Origin: Nostoc sp.
Lineage (GTDB): Bacteria; Cyanobacteriota; Cyanobacteriia; Cyanobacteriales; Nostocaceae
Assembly (NCBI GenBank): GCA_036918135.1
Contig: JBALDB010000056.1
Span: 192,001-256,000, forward strand
Length of the DNA stretch: 64,000 nucleotides
Direction: 5' to 3'
The notes under the pieces were generated by a model. The model had not been told where the DNA came from. It did no database searches and worked only from the letters and a program-made list of their open reading frames with translations. This document shows, one piece after another, positions 1 to 10,426 of this stretch (its first letter is position 1; every line of letters starts with the position of its first letter). The position numbers and the translations under genes were made by a program.

Positions 1-125
1 ATTCCCAAGTTAGTAATAAATGCACTAAAACCTTGAGGTGGTGATGGTATAGATAATGACATTTGGGTTTCAATAAAAATTTGCTCTAATTATCTCAGTT
101 TTTGGAACTGATAGAAGCTAACAAA

Positions 126-1640
126 CTATAAATCAGGTAACGTCAGGGTGAATATCGTCCATCCATTGTTGCTTTCTACTTGAATCTTTCCTTGCAGTTG
201 TTCGACTAATTTCTGCACTATAGGTAAACCTAATCCCGAACCACCTTGATTCCAGATGTCTGCATGAGGAAGGCGATAGAATTTTTCAAAGATTCGTGGT
301 AATTCTTTTGCCGGAATTTCTGCTGAATTACTGATAGTGATGGTAGTTTTTGGGGGTGTTTCTGAAGAATCGTGACGTACACTAAGGACAATTTCACCAG
401 CCGCAGGTGTATATTTACAGGCATTATTGAGCAATTCGACTAAAATCCGTTCTAAGCTAGTGCTGTGTGAAAATAGGGACGGGAGATCTGGTGTTAGATT
501 TATCTGTAAAGTTTGCTGATGTTCTTGAATACGGATTTTAAATGGCTCAATTACCCAAGGTAACCACTGTTGTAAGAGCAACGCATCAGGTGTAATAATC
601 GGGTAGGATGAGCTTTCTAAGCGTTGTAAGTCTAATAAATTGTTGATAAGTTCTAGCTCGCGATCGCACTCATCATCCATTAGTTTTAGATAGTGCTGAG
701 TTTCCTCAATTAAAGAAGAGTTTTGTAACATTTGAATCATTACTTTTATATTACTTAGAGGCGATCGCAATTCATGAGAAACTAAATTCAAGAAGTCATT
801 TTGGAGTTGATTTCTCTGTTCTAATTGACTCACAAGTTGTTCTTGCTCAATTTGCTTTTGACGAGCCTCAATCGCTCGTTTGCGCTCGCTAATATCTTGA
901 AATATTAATACAGCACCCGTAATTTTATCTTTGTCATCTTTAATCGGTGCGGCACTATCATCAATTGGTATTTCTGCGCCGTCTTTAGCAATCAAAATCG
1001 TTTCTGGTGGTAGATTAACGATATTACCATTTTGAAGGACTTTCACAATCGGATTTTCAATAGGGTGATGAGTTTTTCCATTGGCAATATTGAATACTTC
1101 TGATGAATTTCTGCCACAAGCCTCTTCCTGTTTCCATCCAGTCAGATTTTCAGCTACAGGATTCATAAAAGTTACCAATTCTTGCTGGTCGCTAGCAATT
1201 ACACCATCGCTAATACTTTTTAAAAGTGCATCTAGCCATTTTTTATTTGCTTTCAGTTGCTTTTCTAGACGATGTTTGATCAGAGTTATTTCAATATTAG
1301 TTTGGAGTTCTTTTTCTCTAAAAGGTTTGAGTAAGTAGCCGAATGGCTCGGTTATCTTAGCTCGTTCTAATGTTTTTTCGTCTGCATAAGCAGTTAAATA
1401 AATTACTGGAATGTCAAAATTTTTATAGATTTTTTGAGCAGCTTCTATACCATCCATTTGACCTTTGAGTCTAATATCCATTAATACCAAATCTGGAGAA
1501 ATTTCTAATGCTTTATTAATAGCTTCTTCTCCTGAAGAAGCTATAATTGGAACTGTATAACCAAATTTATTTAGTCGATACTGTAAATCTTTAGCAACAA
1601 TAGCTTCATCTTCTACAACTAAGATTTTGGCGTTTGGCAT
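126..1640 (-). CDS. Hybrid response regulator-PAS-histidine kinase
   Basis: N-terminal receiver (ILVVEDE, DLVLMD, YLLKPF), PAS region, HisKA H-box SHELRSPL, HATPase motifs ELLNNACKYT and GSGLGL. Confidence 0.9.
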   Translation of the reverse strand: MPNAKILVVEDEAIVAKDLQYRLNKFGYTVPIIASSGEEAINKALEISPDLVLMDIRLKGQMDGIEAAQKIYKNFDIPVIYLTAYADEKTLERAKITEPFGYLLKPFREKELQTNIEITLIKHRLEKQLKANKKWLDALLKSISDGVIASDQQELVTFMNPVAENLTGWKQEEACGRNSSEVFNIANGKTHHPIENPIVKVLQNGNIVNLPPETILIAKDGAEIPIDDSAAPIKDDKDKITGAVLIFQDISERKRAIEARQKQIEQEQLVSQLEQRNQLQNDFLNLVSHELRSPLSNIKVMIQMLQNSSLIEETQHYLKLMDDECDRELELINNLLDLQRLESSSYPIITPDALLLQQWLPWVIEPFKIRIQEHQQTLQINLTPDLPSLFSHSTSLERILVELLNNACKYTPAAGEIVLSVRHDSSETPPKTTITISNSAEIPAKELPRIFEKFYRLPHADIWNQGGSGLGLPIVQKLVEQLQGKIQVESNNGWTIFTLTLPDL

Positions 1641-1664
1641 ATTTGATATTTGTTCTATTTATAT

Positions 1665-3254
1665 TTATATAGATGAAAATTTTAACTGGAATTTTACTCC
1701 GCTTTCATTTTTTATCTTGAGAGTTCCACCAAGTTGAGAGGTAAGAGCATCTACTAACTGCAAACCTAATGATGCTACTTTTTGGAAATCAAAGTTTGAA
1801 GGAAAACCAATACCATTATCACTAACTGTCAAAATAAAATTATTGTCATTATTTTGATTAAGCTCAATACAAATCAAACAATTTTGCTCTATTGTAAATG
1901 CATATTTTAACGAGTTGGATACAAGTTCATGGATAATTAAGCTACAAGGAATTGCTGCATCCAAACCTAGAAAAATACCCTCATCAATATTGATTGACAC
2001 AGTAATCGCGTCTTCATTAACTTCATATGCAGTAAATAAGCTTGCTATTAAATCTCGAATATATTCACCAAAATTAATTCTTGCCAAGTCTTGAGATTGA
2101 TATAATTTTTCGTGAATCAAAGCTATCGATGCAATTCGCTGCTGGGTTTGTTGAAATATTGCCAAATCGTCTTTGTCTTTGATATAGGCAGATTGTAAAT
2201 TTAGCAAACTGGAAATCACCTGTAAATTATTTTTCACTCGATGGTAAATTTCTTTCAATAGCACCTCCTTTTCTAAAAGAGATGCTTTTATTTGCTCTTG
2301 TGAGTGCTTGCGATCGCTAATATCTTCAATTGCAGAAATAAAATACTTTGGCTCTCCGTTAGATTCACGCATTAAAGCTACCGTAAGATTAACCCAAACT
2401 ATGGAAGTATCTTTGCGGAAATAGCGCTTTTCTATTGAATAAGTTTGAATACGAGCTGCTAAAACTTGGTCAATATATTTCAGGTCAGCCTCAAGATCGT
2501 CCGGGTGGGTAATATCTTGGAAAGTTAGCAACTGTAGCTCTTGGAGTGTGTAACCAAGAATATCGCAAAGCCTCTGGTTAACTAACAACCATTTACCATC
2601 TATTGCCACATAGGCAATGCCCACAGCAGCTTGATGGAATGCAGACCGGAATCGCTGTTCGCTTTCCCGCAATGCTATCTCCATTTGGTGGCGCTGAGTA
2701 ATTTCTGCCTGTAGTGATTGATTAATTCTTGTTAACTCTGCTGTGCGTTCCTCAACCATACTTTCAAGGCGTTGTTCGCTTTTCCTTAAAACCTCCTCAG
2801 TCCGTTTGCGCTCAGCAATTTCCTTTGCTAGTTGGCAGTTAGCCGCCTCTAGTTGAGCAGGACTTGGCAAAGCTAATGCCTGAGGTATTAATGGCACAAG
2901 TTCTATGGCCGTAGCTACGGAGACCAAAGCGGTGATAGCTTTGATTAATCCTGATAGCCAATAGGTAGGATACCAGAGCGTCCACACATCCATTAAATGA
3001 GTTGTTCCACAAGCAACAATGAATGTGCTAAACATCAAAAATATCCAGTCAAAAGGCAAATCTCGCCGTTTGCGAACGAAATAAACTAGCATCACCGGAA
3101 TTGAATAATAAGCAAGTGCAGTTAGCACATCTGAAAGCAGATGCAACCATACCAGTTCTGGTTTCCAGAGGTAGCAATGTCCGTGGGGAATAAACTGGTT
3201 AGTAGAGAAAAAACTATTTAAAAATTCCACGAGCAAAACCCATACACTGCACAA
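1665..3254 (-). CDS. Membrane sensor histidine kinase (HisKA_2 type) with ETR1-like ethylene-binding domain and PAS domain
   Basis: N-terminal SDVLTALAYYSIP...FIVACGTTH matches the ethylene-receptor binding helices; PAS (ITHPDD); EIYHRVKNNLQ H-box; ELVSNSLKYAF and SLGL. Confidence 0.85.
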   Translation of the reverse strand: MCSVWVLLVEFLNSFFSTNQFIPHGHCYLWKPELVWLHLLSDVLTALAYYSIPVMLVYFVRKRRDLPFDWIFLMFSTFIVACGTTHLMDVWTLWYPTYWLSGLIKAITALVSVATAIELVPLIPQALALPSPAQLEAANCQLAKEIAERKRTEEVLRKSEQRLESMVEERTAELTRINQSLQAEITQRHQMEIALRESEQRFRSAFHQAAVGIAYVAIDGKWLLVNQRLCDILGYTLQELQLLTFQDITHPDDLEADLKYIDQVLAARIQTYSIEKRYFRKDTSIVWVNLTVALMRESNGEPKYFISAIEDISDRKHSQEQIKASLLEKEVLLKEIYHRVKNNLQVISSLLNLQSAYIKDKDDLAIFQQTQQRIASIALIHEKLYQSQDLARINFGEYIRDLIASLFTAYEVNEDAITVSINIDEGIFLGLDAAIPCSLIIHELVSNSLKYAFTIEQNCLICIELNQNNDNNFILTVSDNGIGFPSNFDFQKVASLGLQLVDALTSQLGGTLKIKNESGVKFQLKFSSI

Positions 3255-3505
3255 GTCCTGATCAAAGTTAAAGTGTGAAGCAATAAATTTTCAGCCTAGT
3301 TTCAGTAGAGGCACGGACGCCTAGAGAGTGGCCAGACATTGCCTAACGCTTCTACATCATTGTTATGTCATACTTTTTGAGATTTTTAACCTGATAGCTT
3401 AAGATTTATTGACATTAAAGTACCGCGATCGCTTTGGTAATTGTTACCGTAGATTTTCTGAAATAAACCATTGCATAGACATATAGCAATCTGAAATCAT
3501 TGAAG

Positions 3506-3856
3506 CGCGGTAGACTACGCAAACGGCTTAAGATACTTGCTGCCGATAAAGGTTACGACTCCAATTGGATGAATGGTGGATACCGAGGCGAAGAATTTAT
3601 ACGTTGGGTAATGGATATATTTCGCGCTTATTGTGCAAATTGTTCTTAGACCTTTACAAAAAAGGGTTTTGTCCATTTACCGAAGCGTTGGGTTGTCGAG
3701 CGGACTTTCGGTTGGCTTAATTGGTGTCGGCGCTTAAGCAAAGATTATGAAACACTACTCGAAACCTCCCAGACATTTATCTATATTGCCATGATCCGAA
3801 TCATGGTCAGACGACTGGCATGATTTTTGACTAGTTTCGACTTTTAAAACATCCTC
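3506..3856 (+). mobile_element. Degenerate IS5-family transposase fragments ending in an IS1031-type right inverted repeat
   Basis: Manual translation gives RGRLRKRLKILAADKGYDS, then GGYRGEEFIRWVMD, then after a frameshift [24 protein letters not shown]...MVRRLA*; terminal GACTTTTAAAACATCCTC followed by TTAG. Confidence 0.8.
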
Positions 3857-3859
3857 TTA

Positions 3860-4108
3860 GGAGGACAAAAACAACAGCTAGCCATTGCGCGTGCTTTAGT
3901 AAGTCATCCTAAATTAGTTTTAGCTGATGAACCGACAGCGGCTTTAGACAGTAAAACAGGGCAAGATGTTGTTACCCTGATGCAAGATCTAGCAAACGAA
4001 CAGAATTGTGCTATCTTAATGGTTACTCACGATAACAGAATATTAGATATTGCCGATCGCATAATTTACATGGAAGATGGTTATTTAGTCAAAGAAATTT
4101 GCTACTAG
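3860..4108 (+). pseudogene. 3' fragment of a DevA-type ABC ATPase, truncated at the IS end
   Basis: Translates [34 protein letters not shown]...[21 protein letters not shown]...*, closely similar to the C-halves of the ATPases at 34501 and 39640; no Walker A or start codon. Confidence 0.85.
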
Positions 4109-4400
4109 CGTAATTACAAGAGAATTAAACAACAATATTCCCAATTTTTTCAAGAAATCGGGATTTTTAAATATTGCCATATATCCTTGGTTACAACCTA
4201 AACGACAACAAAAGTATACCTTGAGTCTTAAGTAAGACACCCCTAGAGTATGAAGTTATAAGTTCTCAACTCAAAGAAAATATAGATGTAATGATAGTGA
4301 AGTTTTAACAATTGGGAATGTCTGGCTGTTTTTAGTTTTTGCTCCTTTATAAGAATAATCTGATAATTTCTCATATTAACTACAATTATTTCAATATTTT

Positions 4401-4611
4401 ATGGTGCAAGATTTAATTTTTTGTATAAAAGAACAGTTTTACACTTTAGTTTAATAAGTCTTCAATATATAAAGATGTTTCTGAATGTTATATAAGTCCT
4501 CCTTGTGGATGTACCAATCTAGGACAAAACCTTCAATGTGAAGATTGTGTTTATCTTGAGGCTTGCTTATCTAATTTCAAGCGAAAAGTAGTTCAACTTA
4601 GTAAAATGTGA
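4401..4611 (+). pseudogene. Small Cys-rich protein gene, apparently frameshifted
   Basis: Frame 4450-4611 reads FNKSSIYKDVSECYISPPCGCTNLGQNLQCEDCVYLEACLSNFKRKVVQLSKM* with no in-frame start; ATG at 4401 is in another frame (MVQDLIFCIKEQFYTLV*). Confidence 0.4.
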
Positions 4612-5240
4612 AATGTGATTACGAGCAAAACGGAGTGTAGACGCGTACCACTTCCCTACAGGACGCTACGTGGAAGCAAGTTATGCGTAGCGTCTCGTAG
4701 AGAACACAAGGGTAGCGAAGCAATCGCAAAGATTCTATCTTAAATATCTCCGAGAGTTATCAAGGTCAAAACAACAAATTAAATAAAAATTTAATTCTTT
4801 TGGTATAAATGGTTTTATTCTTAATGATAGAAGTTTGGCAAAACAGGAGCATGTATTCTATTTATTAGCCAAGGCGAGTAGGCTGCTCGTTCGTGTAAAT
4901 TTAAAAGTAGGGAGGTTTCAAGAAAATCAATGTATTATATTGATGCAATTGTGTAAAGAATTAAGTTCACAAAAAAGTATGATTGATTTTCCTCCAAAAA
5001 GAACATGCTTAGAATTAGAATTATAGTTTTTTGTAGAATGGCGGTAAAAAATTTACAAAATTATTTTGAATTTCATTTACACGACCAATTAAATGCTTTT
5101 TGACATTTAAAAATTAGGTAAGAGACTCGTAAATATGTATTGTCAAAATCTACATTATAAAGTAGTAAATAGAACTAGGCAATAGCAATTTTAAAAATCA
5201 ACAAAGCACTGCAATCTAGAACATACAAGGAACCATTATC

Positions 5241-6119
5241 ATGAGACCTATTAATTTATCTAAAGCTGTTTTAGCTAGTTTGTTTGTCATCACTTTCGCT
5301 TCTGCATCCTTACCTATTTCTGTTTCTGCTCAATCCGGAGGCTCCGGCAGTGGCAGTAGCTCAGGAAGTAGTTCCGGTACAGGTACAAGTGGCACAAGTG
5401 GAACAGGTACAAGTGGAACTGGCACAGGCACAAGTGGAACAGGTACAGGCACAGGTACAACAGGTACAGGCACAGGTACAACTGGAACAGGTACAGGCAC
5501 AGGCACAACAGGTACAGGCACAGGTACAACTGGAACAGGTACAGGCACAGGTACAACTGGAACAGGCACAAGTGGAACAGGTACAGGCTCAGGTATAACT
5601 GGAACAGGTACAGGTACAACTGGAACAGGTACAGATACAACTGGAACAGGTACAGGTACAGGCACAGGCACAACTGGAACAGGTACTGGAACAGGTACTG
5701 GCACTGACACAACTGGAACAGGCACTGGCAGTACAGGCACTGGTACAACTGGAACAGGCACTGGCAGTACAGGTACTGGAACAACTACAGATGGTACAGG
5801 TGGTGGTGGCACTACAGGTACTGATAGTACTGGTACAACTGGAACAGGTACTGGAACAACTACAGATGGTACAGGTGGTGGTGGCACTACAGGTACTGGT
5901 AGTACTGGTACAACTGGAACCACAGATAGCACTGGCACTACAGGTACTAACAGGAATGCACCTGTTACGGTTTACCAACAAAGTAGCGATCGCGGTTTCG
6001 ATTGGGGTTGGCTAGGTTTGTTTGGTCTAGCTGGTTTAGCAGGTCTAGTTCGTCGTAATCGGGATAAAGTGAAAACTTACAGCGATCCTAATGAAGTAAC
6101 AGGTTCTCGCTTGAAATAA
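5241..6119 (+). CDS. Secreted Gly/Thr-rich low-complexity protein with C-terminal WGxxGxxG sorting/anchor segment
   Basis: AAGGA SD; signal peptide ending VSA-Q; about 200 aa of TGTG repeats; C-terminal [18 protein letters not shown] followed by basic RRNR. Confidence 0.85.
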   Translation: MRPINLSKAVLASLFVITFASASLPISVSAQSGGSGSGSSSGSSSGTGTSGTSGTGTSGTGTGTSGTGTGTGTTGTGTGTTGTGTGTGTTGTGTGTTGTGTGTGTTGTGTSGTGTGSGITGTGTGTTGTGTDTTGTGTGTGTGTTGTGTGTGTGTDTTGTGTGSTGTGTTGTGTGSTGTGTTTDGTGGGGTTGTDSTGTTGTGTGTTTDGTGGGGTTGTGSTGTTGTTDSTGTTGTNRNAPVTVYQQSSDRGFDWGWLGLFGLAGLAGLVRRNRDKVKTYSDPNEVTGSRLK

Positions 6120-6188
6120 GCTAATCGGCTTGTCATTCCTGAAGTTTCGATCTCAGGAAGTCAGAAGCTATTGAATTATCTGTTTATC

Positions 6189-6233
6189 ATTGGTCATTAG
6201 TCGAGTTGTATTTACAAGCGACTAATGACCAAT
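6189..6233. terminator. Hairpin between convergent genes (probable terminator)
   Basis: ATTGGTCATTAGTCG...CGACTAATGACCAAT inverted repeat. Confidence 0.5.
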
Positions 6234-6349
6234 TAGGTTAAGTAGTTCGTTAGTCAGGTTAAAAGATTTGAAGAACCTGTAATAGTGTAGCCTCACCTGA
6301 TGAGTCTTAACCAGAGAATATGTAACTTACATGCAGATTAGTTTATAAG

Positions 6350-7120
6350 TTAAAGTAGACTAGCAGAATTTATATCTAAAAATAACGTTGCTTGTGGTTG
6401 TTGACGCAGAATAGAAGCGGGACAGTTCGTGGTTATAGCTCCTTGCAACATTTCCTTTACCACATTTGCCTTACGTCTTTCTGGAGCAAGACAAATAATT
6501 TTTTTAGCGGAACAAATCATTGTAATCGTAACAGTAAAAGCGTATTGTGGCACAGTTTCAATATTCTGAAAGTGGCCTGTGTTTACTTGTTGCTGGCGGT
6601 TGGCATTATCTAGTTTAACTAATTTCACGCTGTAAGGATCTTGAAAATTTGCTACTGTTGGGTCATTAAAGGCCAAATGTCCATTTTCACCAACACCAAG
6701 ACAGCACAAGTCAATTGGTTGGGCTTGCAATAATTTAGTATAGCGATCGCATTCTGTTACTGGTTGCAATGTATCACCTTCTATATAGTGAAATTCCTGG
6801 GAAGTAATCCGTTTCTCTACACGTTCTCGCAGATAGCGCCGGAAACTAGCAGGATGATCCCTACTAATTCCCAAATATTCATCTAGATGAAATAAAGTAA
6901 TCCGCGACCAATCTATACCACCCAATGCAATCAAAGCATCAAGAAATTTCAGTTGGGAGTTACCTGTTGCTAACAAGACAGCAGCTGTATCCTGTTCCTT
7001 AAGAACCTGCTGTAAATACTTTTGGGTGATTTGTGCAACTGAGAACGCCATTTCGACTTCAGAGTTGTAAATCTGCACTAATAAATCGTCAACGGAAAAA
7101 AAGTTTGTTGCGGCTAACAT
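6350..7120 (-). CDS. nagB: Glucosamine-6-phosphate deaminase family protein
   Basis: LATGNSQ, FHLDEYLG and LGVGENGHLAFNDP motifs. Confidence 0.85.
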   Translation of the reverse strand: MLAATNFFSVDDLLVQIYNSEVEMAFSVAQITQKYLQQVLKEQDTAAVLLATGNSQLKFLDALIALGGIDWSRITLFHLDEYLGISRDHPASFRRYLRERVEKRITSQEFHYIEGDTLQPVTECDRYTKLLQAQPIDLCCLGVGENGHLAFNDPTVANFQDPYSVKLVKLDNANRQQQVNTGHFQNIETVPQYAFTVTITMICSAKKIICLAPERRKANVVKEMLQGAITTNCPASILRQQPQATLFLDINSASLL

Positions 7121-7522
7121 TTGTTAATACAGAAGGTTATCAATAATGTTGACTGTTGACGGTTAATAATTAACGTGAAATTACATACCCTTTGAGGGGT
7201 GGCATGAGCTTAAATGCCTTATCCAGTTATAGAAGATAGATTTTAGAATTTAGCAGATTAATTTGCGACTCTTAAGGTTTGGTTAGAATACTGCCCTTAA
7301 TAGGAGAATTTTTCCTCGGTTCCCAATCTCTAGTCCCTAGTCCAGCACAGTATAAATAGAGATACCGTTCACAATCAAACAAAAGCCGACAACACAAGCT
7401 CTTTGACTTTTGACTTCCGGCTTAGGGTACTAGTCTCTTGTATTGACACAATCACTAAAGAACAAAAACAATGTAAACTATGTGAATCAAGTTAACAATT
7501 ATTTACATAGTACCAAAAAATT

Positions 7523-8209
7523 ATGCTGGCTGCAATTCTTTTTGACCTAGACGGCACTATTGTCAACAGCGATCCAATACATTACCGAGCTTGGGAAGAA
7601 ATGCTGTCAAATTTCAGCATAGAACTTGATGAAACCTTTTATAAATCACGAATTAGCGGGCGGTTAAATCCAAAAATTGTTCAAGATATTTTGCCACAAT
7701 TATCAATAGCAGAAGGAGAAAAATTTGCAGACGAAAAAGAGGCACTTTTTCGCAAACTTGCCTCCCGTCTACAACTAATGAGTGGATTTTCTGAACTACT
7801 AGCATGGACAGAGATACATCAGTTAAAACGTGCATTAGTAACTAATGCTCCAAGATTAAATGCAGAATATATGCTAGAAGTTTTAGGTATAAAAGAAGCT
7901 TTCCATACAATTGTTTTAGCTGAAAATTGTATAGCGGGTAAACCCGACCCCACACCCTACCAAGTTGCTCTAAATAAGTTGGGGATTCAACCAGAGGAAG
8001 CGATCGCCCTAGAAGACTCTCCCTCTGGAATTCGGGCTGCCGTGGGCGCAGATATCCGCACTATTGGTATAGCGTCTACCCACAATCCTCTAATTTTGCA
8101 GGAAGTCGGCGCATTTATAGCAATACCAGATTTTACTGATTTGCAGTTGTGGACACTGCTAAACTCACTTATCGAGCCAGATTTAACTGCGATCGCTTCT
8201 GATTCTTGA
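7523..8209 (+). CDS. HAD-superfamily phosphatase (CbbY/beta-PGM-like)
   Basis: FDLDGT motif I, GKPDP, LEDSPSG. Confidence 0.9.
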   Translation: MLAAILFDLDGTIVNSDPIHYRAWEEMLSNFSIELDETFYKSRISGRLNPKIVQDILPQLSIAEGEKFADEKEALFRKLASRLQLMSGFSELLAWTEIHQLKRALVTNAPRLNAEYMLEVLGIKEAFHTIVLAENCIAGKPDPTPYQVALNKLGIQPEEAIALEDSPSGIRAAVGADIRTIGIASTHNPLILQEVGAFIAIPDFTDLQLWTLLNSLIEPDLTAIASDS

Positions 8210-8231
8210 GTACAAAACTGAGAATTTCGAG

Positions 8232-8258
8232 AATAGAGACACCTTTGGCGTCTCTATT
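8232..8258. terminator. Bidirectional terminator-like hairpin between the HAD and PadR genes
   Basis: AATAGAGAC-N9-GTCTCTATT. Confidence 0.5.
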
Positions 8259-8884
8259 TATTTTTCAGCCAAAATCGTGTAAATTTCCCGTTTAACTTCT
8301 TCTAGTAGCTGACGCACTCGATTTATTCGCTCTACATTGCCACTGCGAGCAACCTGCACGACTACAGCAGCTAATTCTGTTGCAACGTTCCGCAACTCAA
8401 TAAACTCTTGGGGCTTACCTGTGATGAAACTTTTGAAGGTATCCCAAGGAGAGTCTGAAGTTTCTTGCTGGGAACGTTCTGCCAAAAGTTGTCTACCCTC
8501 ATCTGTAATTGTGTAAATCCGCTTACCACCTTCCTGTGAGCTAGTTAAATAACCACCCTCCTCCAGCAATTGGAGTGTTGGATACACTGAACCAGGACTG
8601 AGGCGACGGAAACCACCATAGCGAGTTTCCATCTCTTTAATTAGGTCGTAACCATGACTGGGATGCTCAGATAACAATTCCAACAAGATGAACTTAATGT
8701 CACCCCTACGAGTCCGAAATTCATCTCCCCAACCACGACCGGACATTTCATCACCAAAGTTTTTGCCACGATCTCTACCATGATGCCTGCGATGCTCAAA
8801 CCGAGACTTGACAAACAAAAAATCATCTTCGCTAACTCCTGCCCATGCAGGTACTCCAAAGCGCGAGCGAAAGTGTCTAAACAT
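8258..8884 (-). CDS. PadR-family transcriptional regulator with His/Arg/Gly-rich N-terminus
   Basis: RRGDIKFILLELL..HGYDLIK..SPGSVYPTLQLLEEGG..KRIYTITDEG winged HTH; ATG at 8884 preferred over TTG at 8902. Confidence 0.9.
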   Translation of the reverse strand: MFRHFRSRFGVPAWAGVSEDDFLFVKSRFEHRRHHGRDRGKNFGDEMSGRGWGDEFRTRRGDIKFILLELLSEHPSHGYDLIKEMETRYGGFRRLSPGSVYPTLQLLEEGGYLTSSQEGGKRIYTITDEGRQLLAERSQQETSDSPWDTFKSFITGKPQEFIELRNVATELAAVVVQVARSGNVERINRVRQLLEEVKREIYTILAEK

Positions 8885-8915
8885 AAGTAAATTTCCAATC
8901 AACTTTCTCTACTAT

Positions 8916-8946
8916 ACGATATATCGTGATATATTCCGATATATCG
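8916..8946. promoter_or_regulatory. Two CGATATATCG palindromes, probable PadR autoregulatory operators
   Basis: ACGATATATCGT at 8916-8927 and CGATATATCG at 8937-8946, centres 20 bp apart, just upstream of the PadR gene. Confidence 0.6.
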
Positions 8947-9341
8947 CGATGGAATTTTGTAAAGATTTTTGAATGAAACAGATGATGCCAGTAGGAGCGT
9001 ACACCTGTACATAGAGGTCAACTTAACGTGAAACCCTTGTCAAGACATGATTTTGAATTTACTCACGTACCATCACTCTTCGCCTCACCCTGGTTTTATC
9101 TAAAGCCAAAACTGTCCCTCCCCAAACTTCAGAGAAGGGTAAAACGTATGTTATGTAAGCGTTTTGATGAGGTCGAGCAAACGCGTAATATTAACCCTCT
9201 TCCCTCCTGACTTGAAAAAGGGGTGTAAGGGTGTAGGGGAAAATACATTTTTCATGCTTGGTGGTGAAACTTGTTTCATTGGGACTGCCTCCTGCCTCAT
9301 CCCAACGAGAAATATTTACACCCATCTACTTACGTTAGAAG

Positions 9342-10238
9342 TTATAGCTTATGACTTGTCAGCACTTGTTGAACGAAACAATCTACTGATTGCAAATATT
9401 GGGAACCGGCAACTACTGCGGTGTCATTATGGTTTGCTCCTGGAACCAACAATAATTTCTTTGGTTCGGGAGCAGCAGCATAAAGTTTTTGGCTCATGAA
9501 AGAGGGTACAGCCGAATCCACAACGCCATGAATGAATAAAACGGGTATTTTTAAGTTTGGCAATTTTTTAATCGATTCAAACCGCTGTGTCAAGATTAGA
9601 TCCACAGGAAACATCCAAAACATATTTCGATAAGCGATTAAATCGCGGATGGAGGTAAAAGAGCTTTCCACGATTAAACCAGCGGCTTGTGGGTGTTTCA
9701 CTGCCAAATCGATGGCGATCGCACCTCCCAAAGAATGCCCATAAATAAAAATTTGCTTGGGTGGAATTTGTTGTTGCTGCACTAAGTAATTCCATGCTGT
9801 GACTGCATCTTCATAAACCCGCTTTTCATTGGGAAAAGAACCTTCACTGCGACCATAACCCCGATAATCAATTAGCAACACCGAAAACCCTAACTGATGA
9901 AACCGATTAGCATGAGCTATATTTACGCTAATATTAATACCGTTACCGTGTAAGTATAGCAACACCTTGGTATTAGGTTGTTTGGCTTTTATCCACCAAC
10001 CATGAATGTGTTCTACCTTACCTGTTTTAACAGCTACAGGTAACCAAACCTCTTCATAAGGAAGATTGAAAAACTCTGGTGTCTTTTCAATAACAACAGA
10101 GGGAAAGAAAATGAACCGAGGTTGGTTAACAAAGAGAAATAGACAAATGCCAAGATAGGCGATCGCTGCAACTATCCCGACCCAAAATAGCAGTCGAAAA
10201 AATACTGGTATTACAAATTGCAGCTTGTTTATTTTCAT
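9342..10238 (-). CDS. Alpha/beta hydrolase with N-terminal membrane anchor
   Basis: YLHGNG, DYRGYG, GHSLGG nucleophile elbow, HGVVD and GANHN. Confidence 0.9.
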   Translation of the reverse strand: MKINKLQFVIPVFFRLLFWVGIVAAIAYLGICLFLFVNQPRFIFFPSVVIEKTPEFFNLPYEEVWLPVAVKTGKVEHIHGWWIKAKQPNTKVLLYLHGNGINISVNIAHANRFHQLGFSVLLIDYRGYGRSEGSFPNEKRVYEDAVTAWNYLVQQQQIPPKQIFIYGHSLGGAIAIDLAVKHPQAAGLIVESSFTSIRDLIAYRNMFWMFPVDLILTQRFESIKKLPNLKIPVLFIHGVVDSAVPSFMSQKLYAAAPEPKKLLLVPGANHNDTAVVAGSQYLQSVDCFVQQVLTSHKL

Positions 10239-10426
10239 CTTTTTTCAATTTAAAAGTATTTATTGTAACAAATTTATTACTTATATAAGCTGCTTTAGCA
10301 TTTTAAAATAGAGGATTAAGTCATAATCAAGAAAATTTATCAAAAAATCAAATATTCAGTAAATTTACGTATGCACATTTAAGTCTTCTCAATGAAAGTA
10401 GAATTAGCCCATATCAGGAGAAGACT

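Noticed and set aside
5284..6015. Alternative-frame ORFs (VQAQ, YLCLYL, VPVP and CSSCT repeat proteins)
   Set aside because: Shadows of the Thr-Gly repeat; only 5241-6119 has an SD, a signal peptide and an anchor
9028..9499. ORFs 9028-9210 and 9164-9499
   Set aside because: They run through intergenic repeat sequence and antisense to the hydrolase, with no recognisable motif
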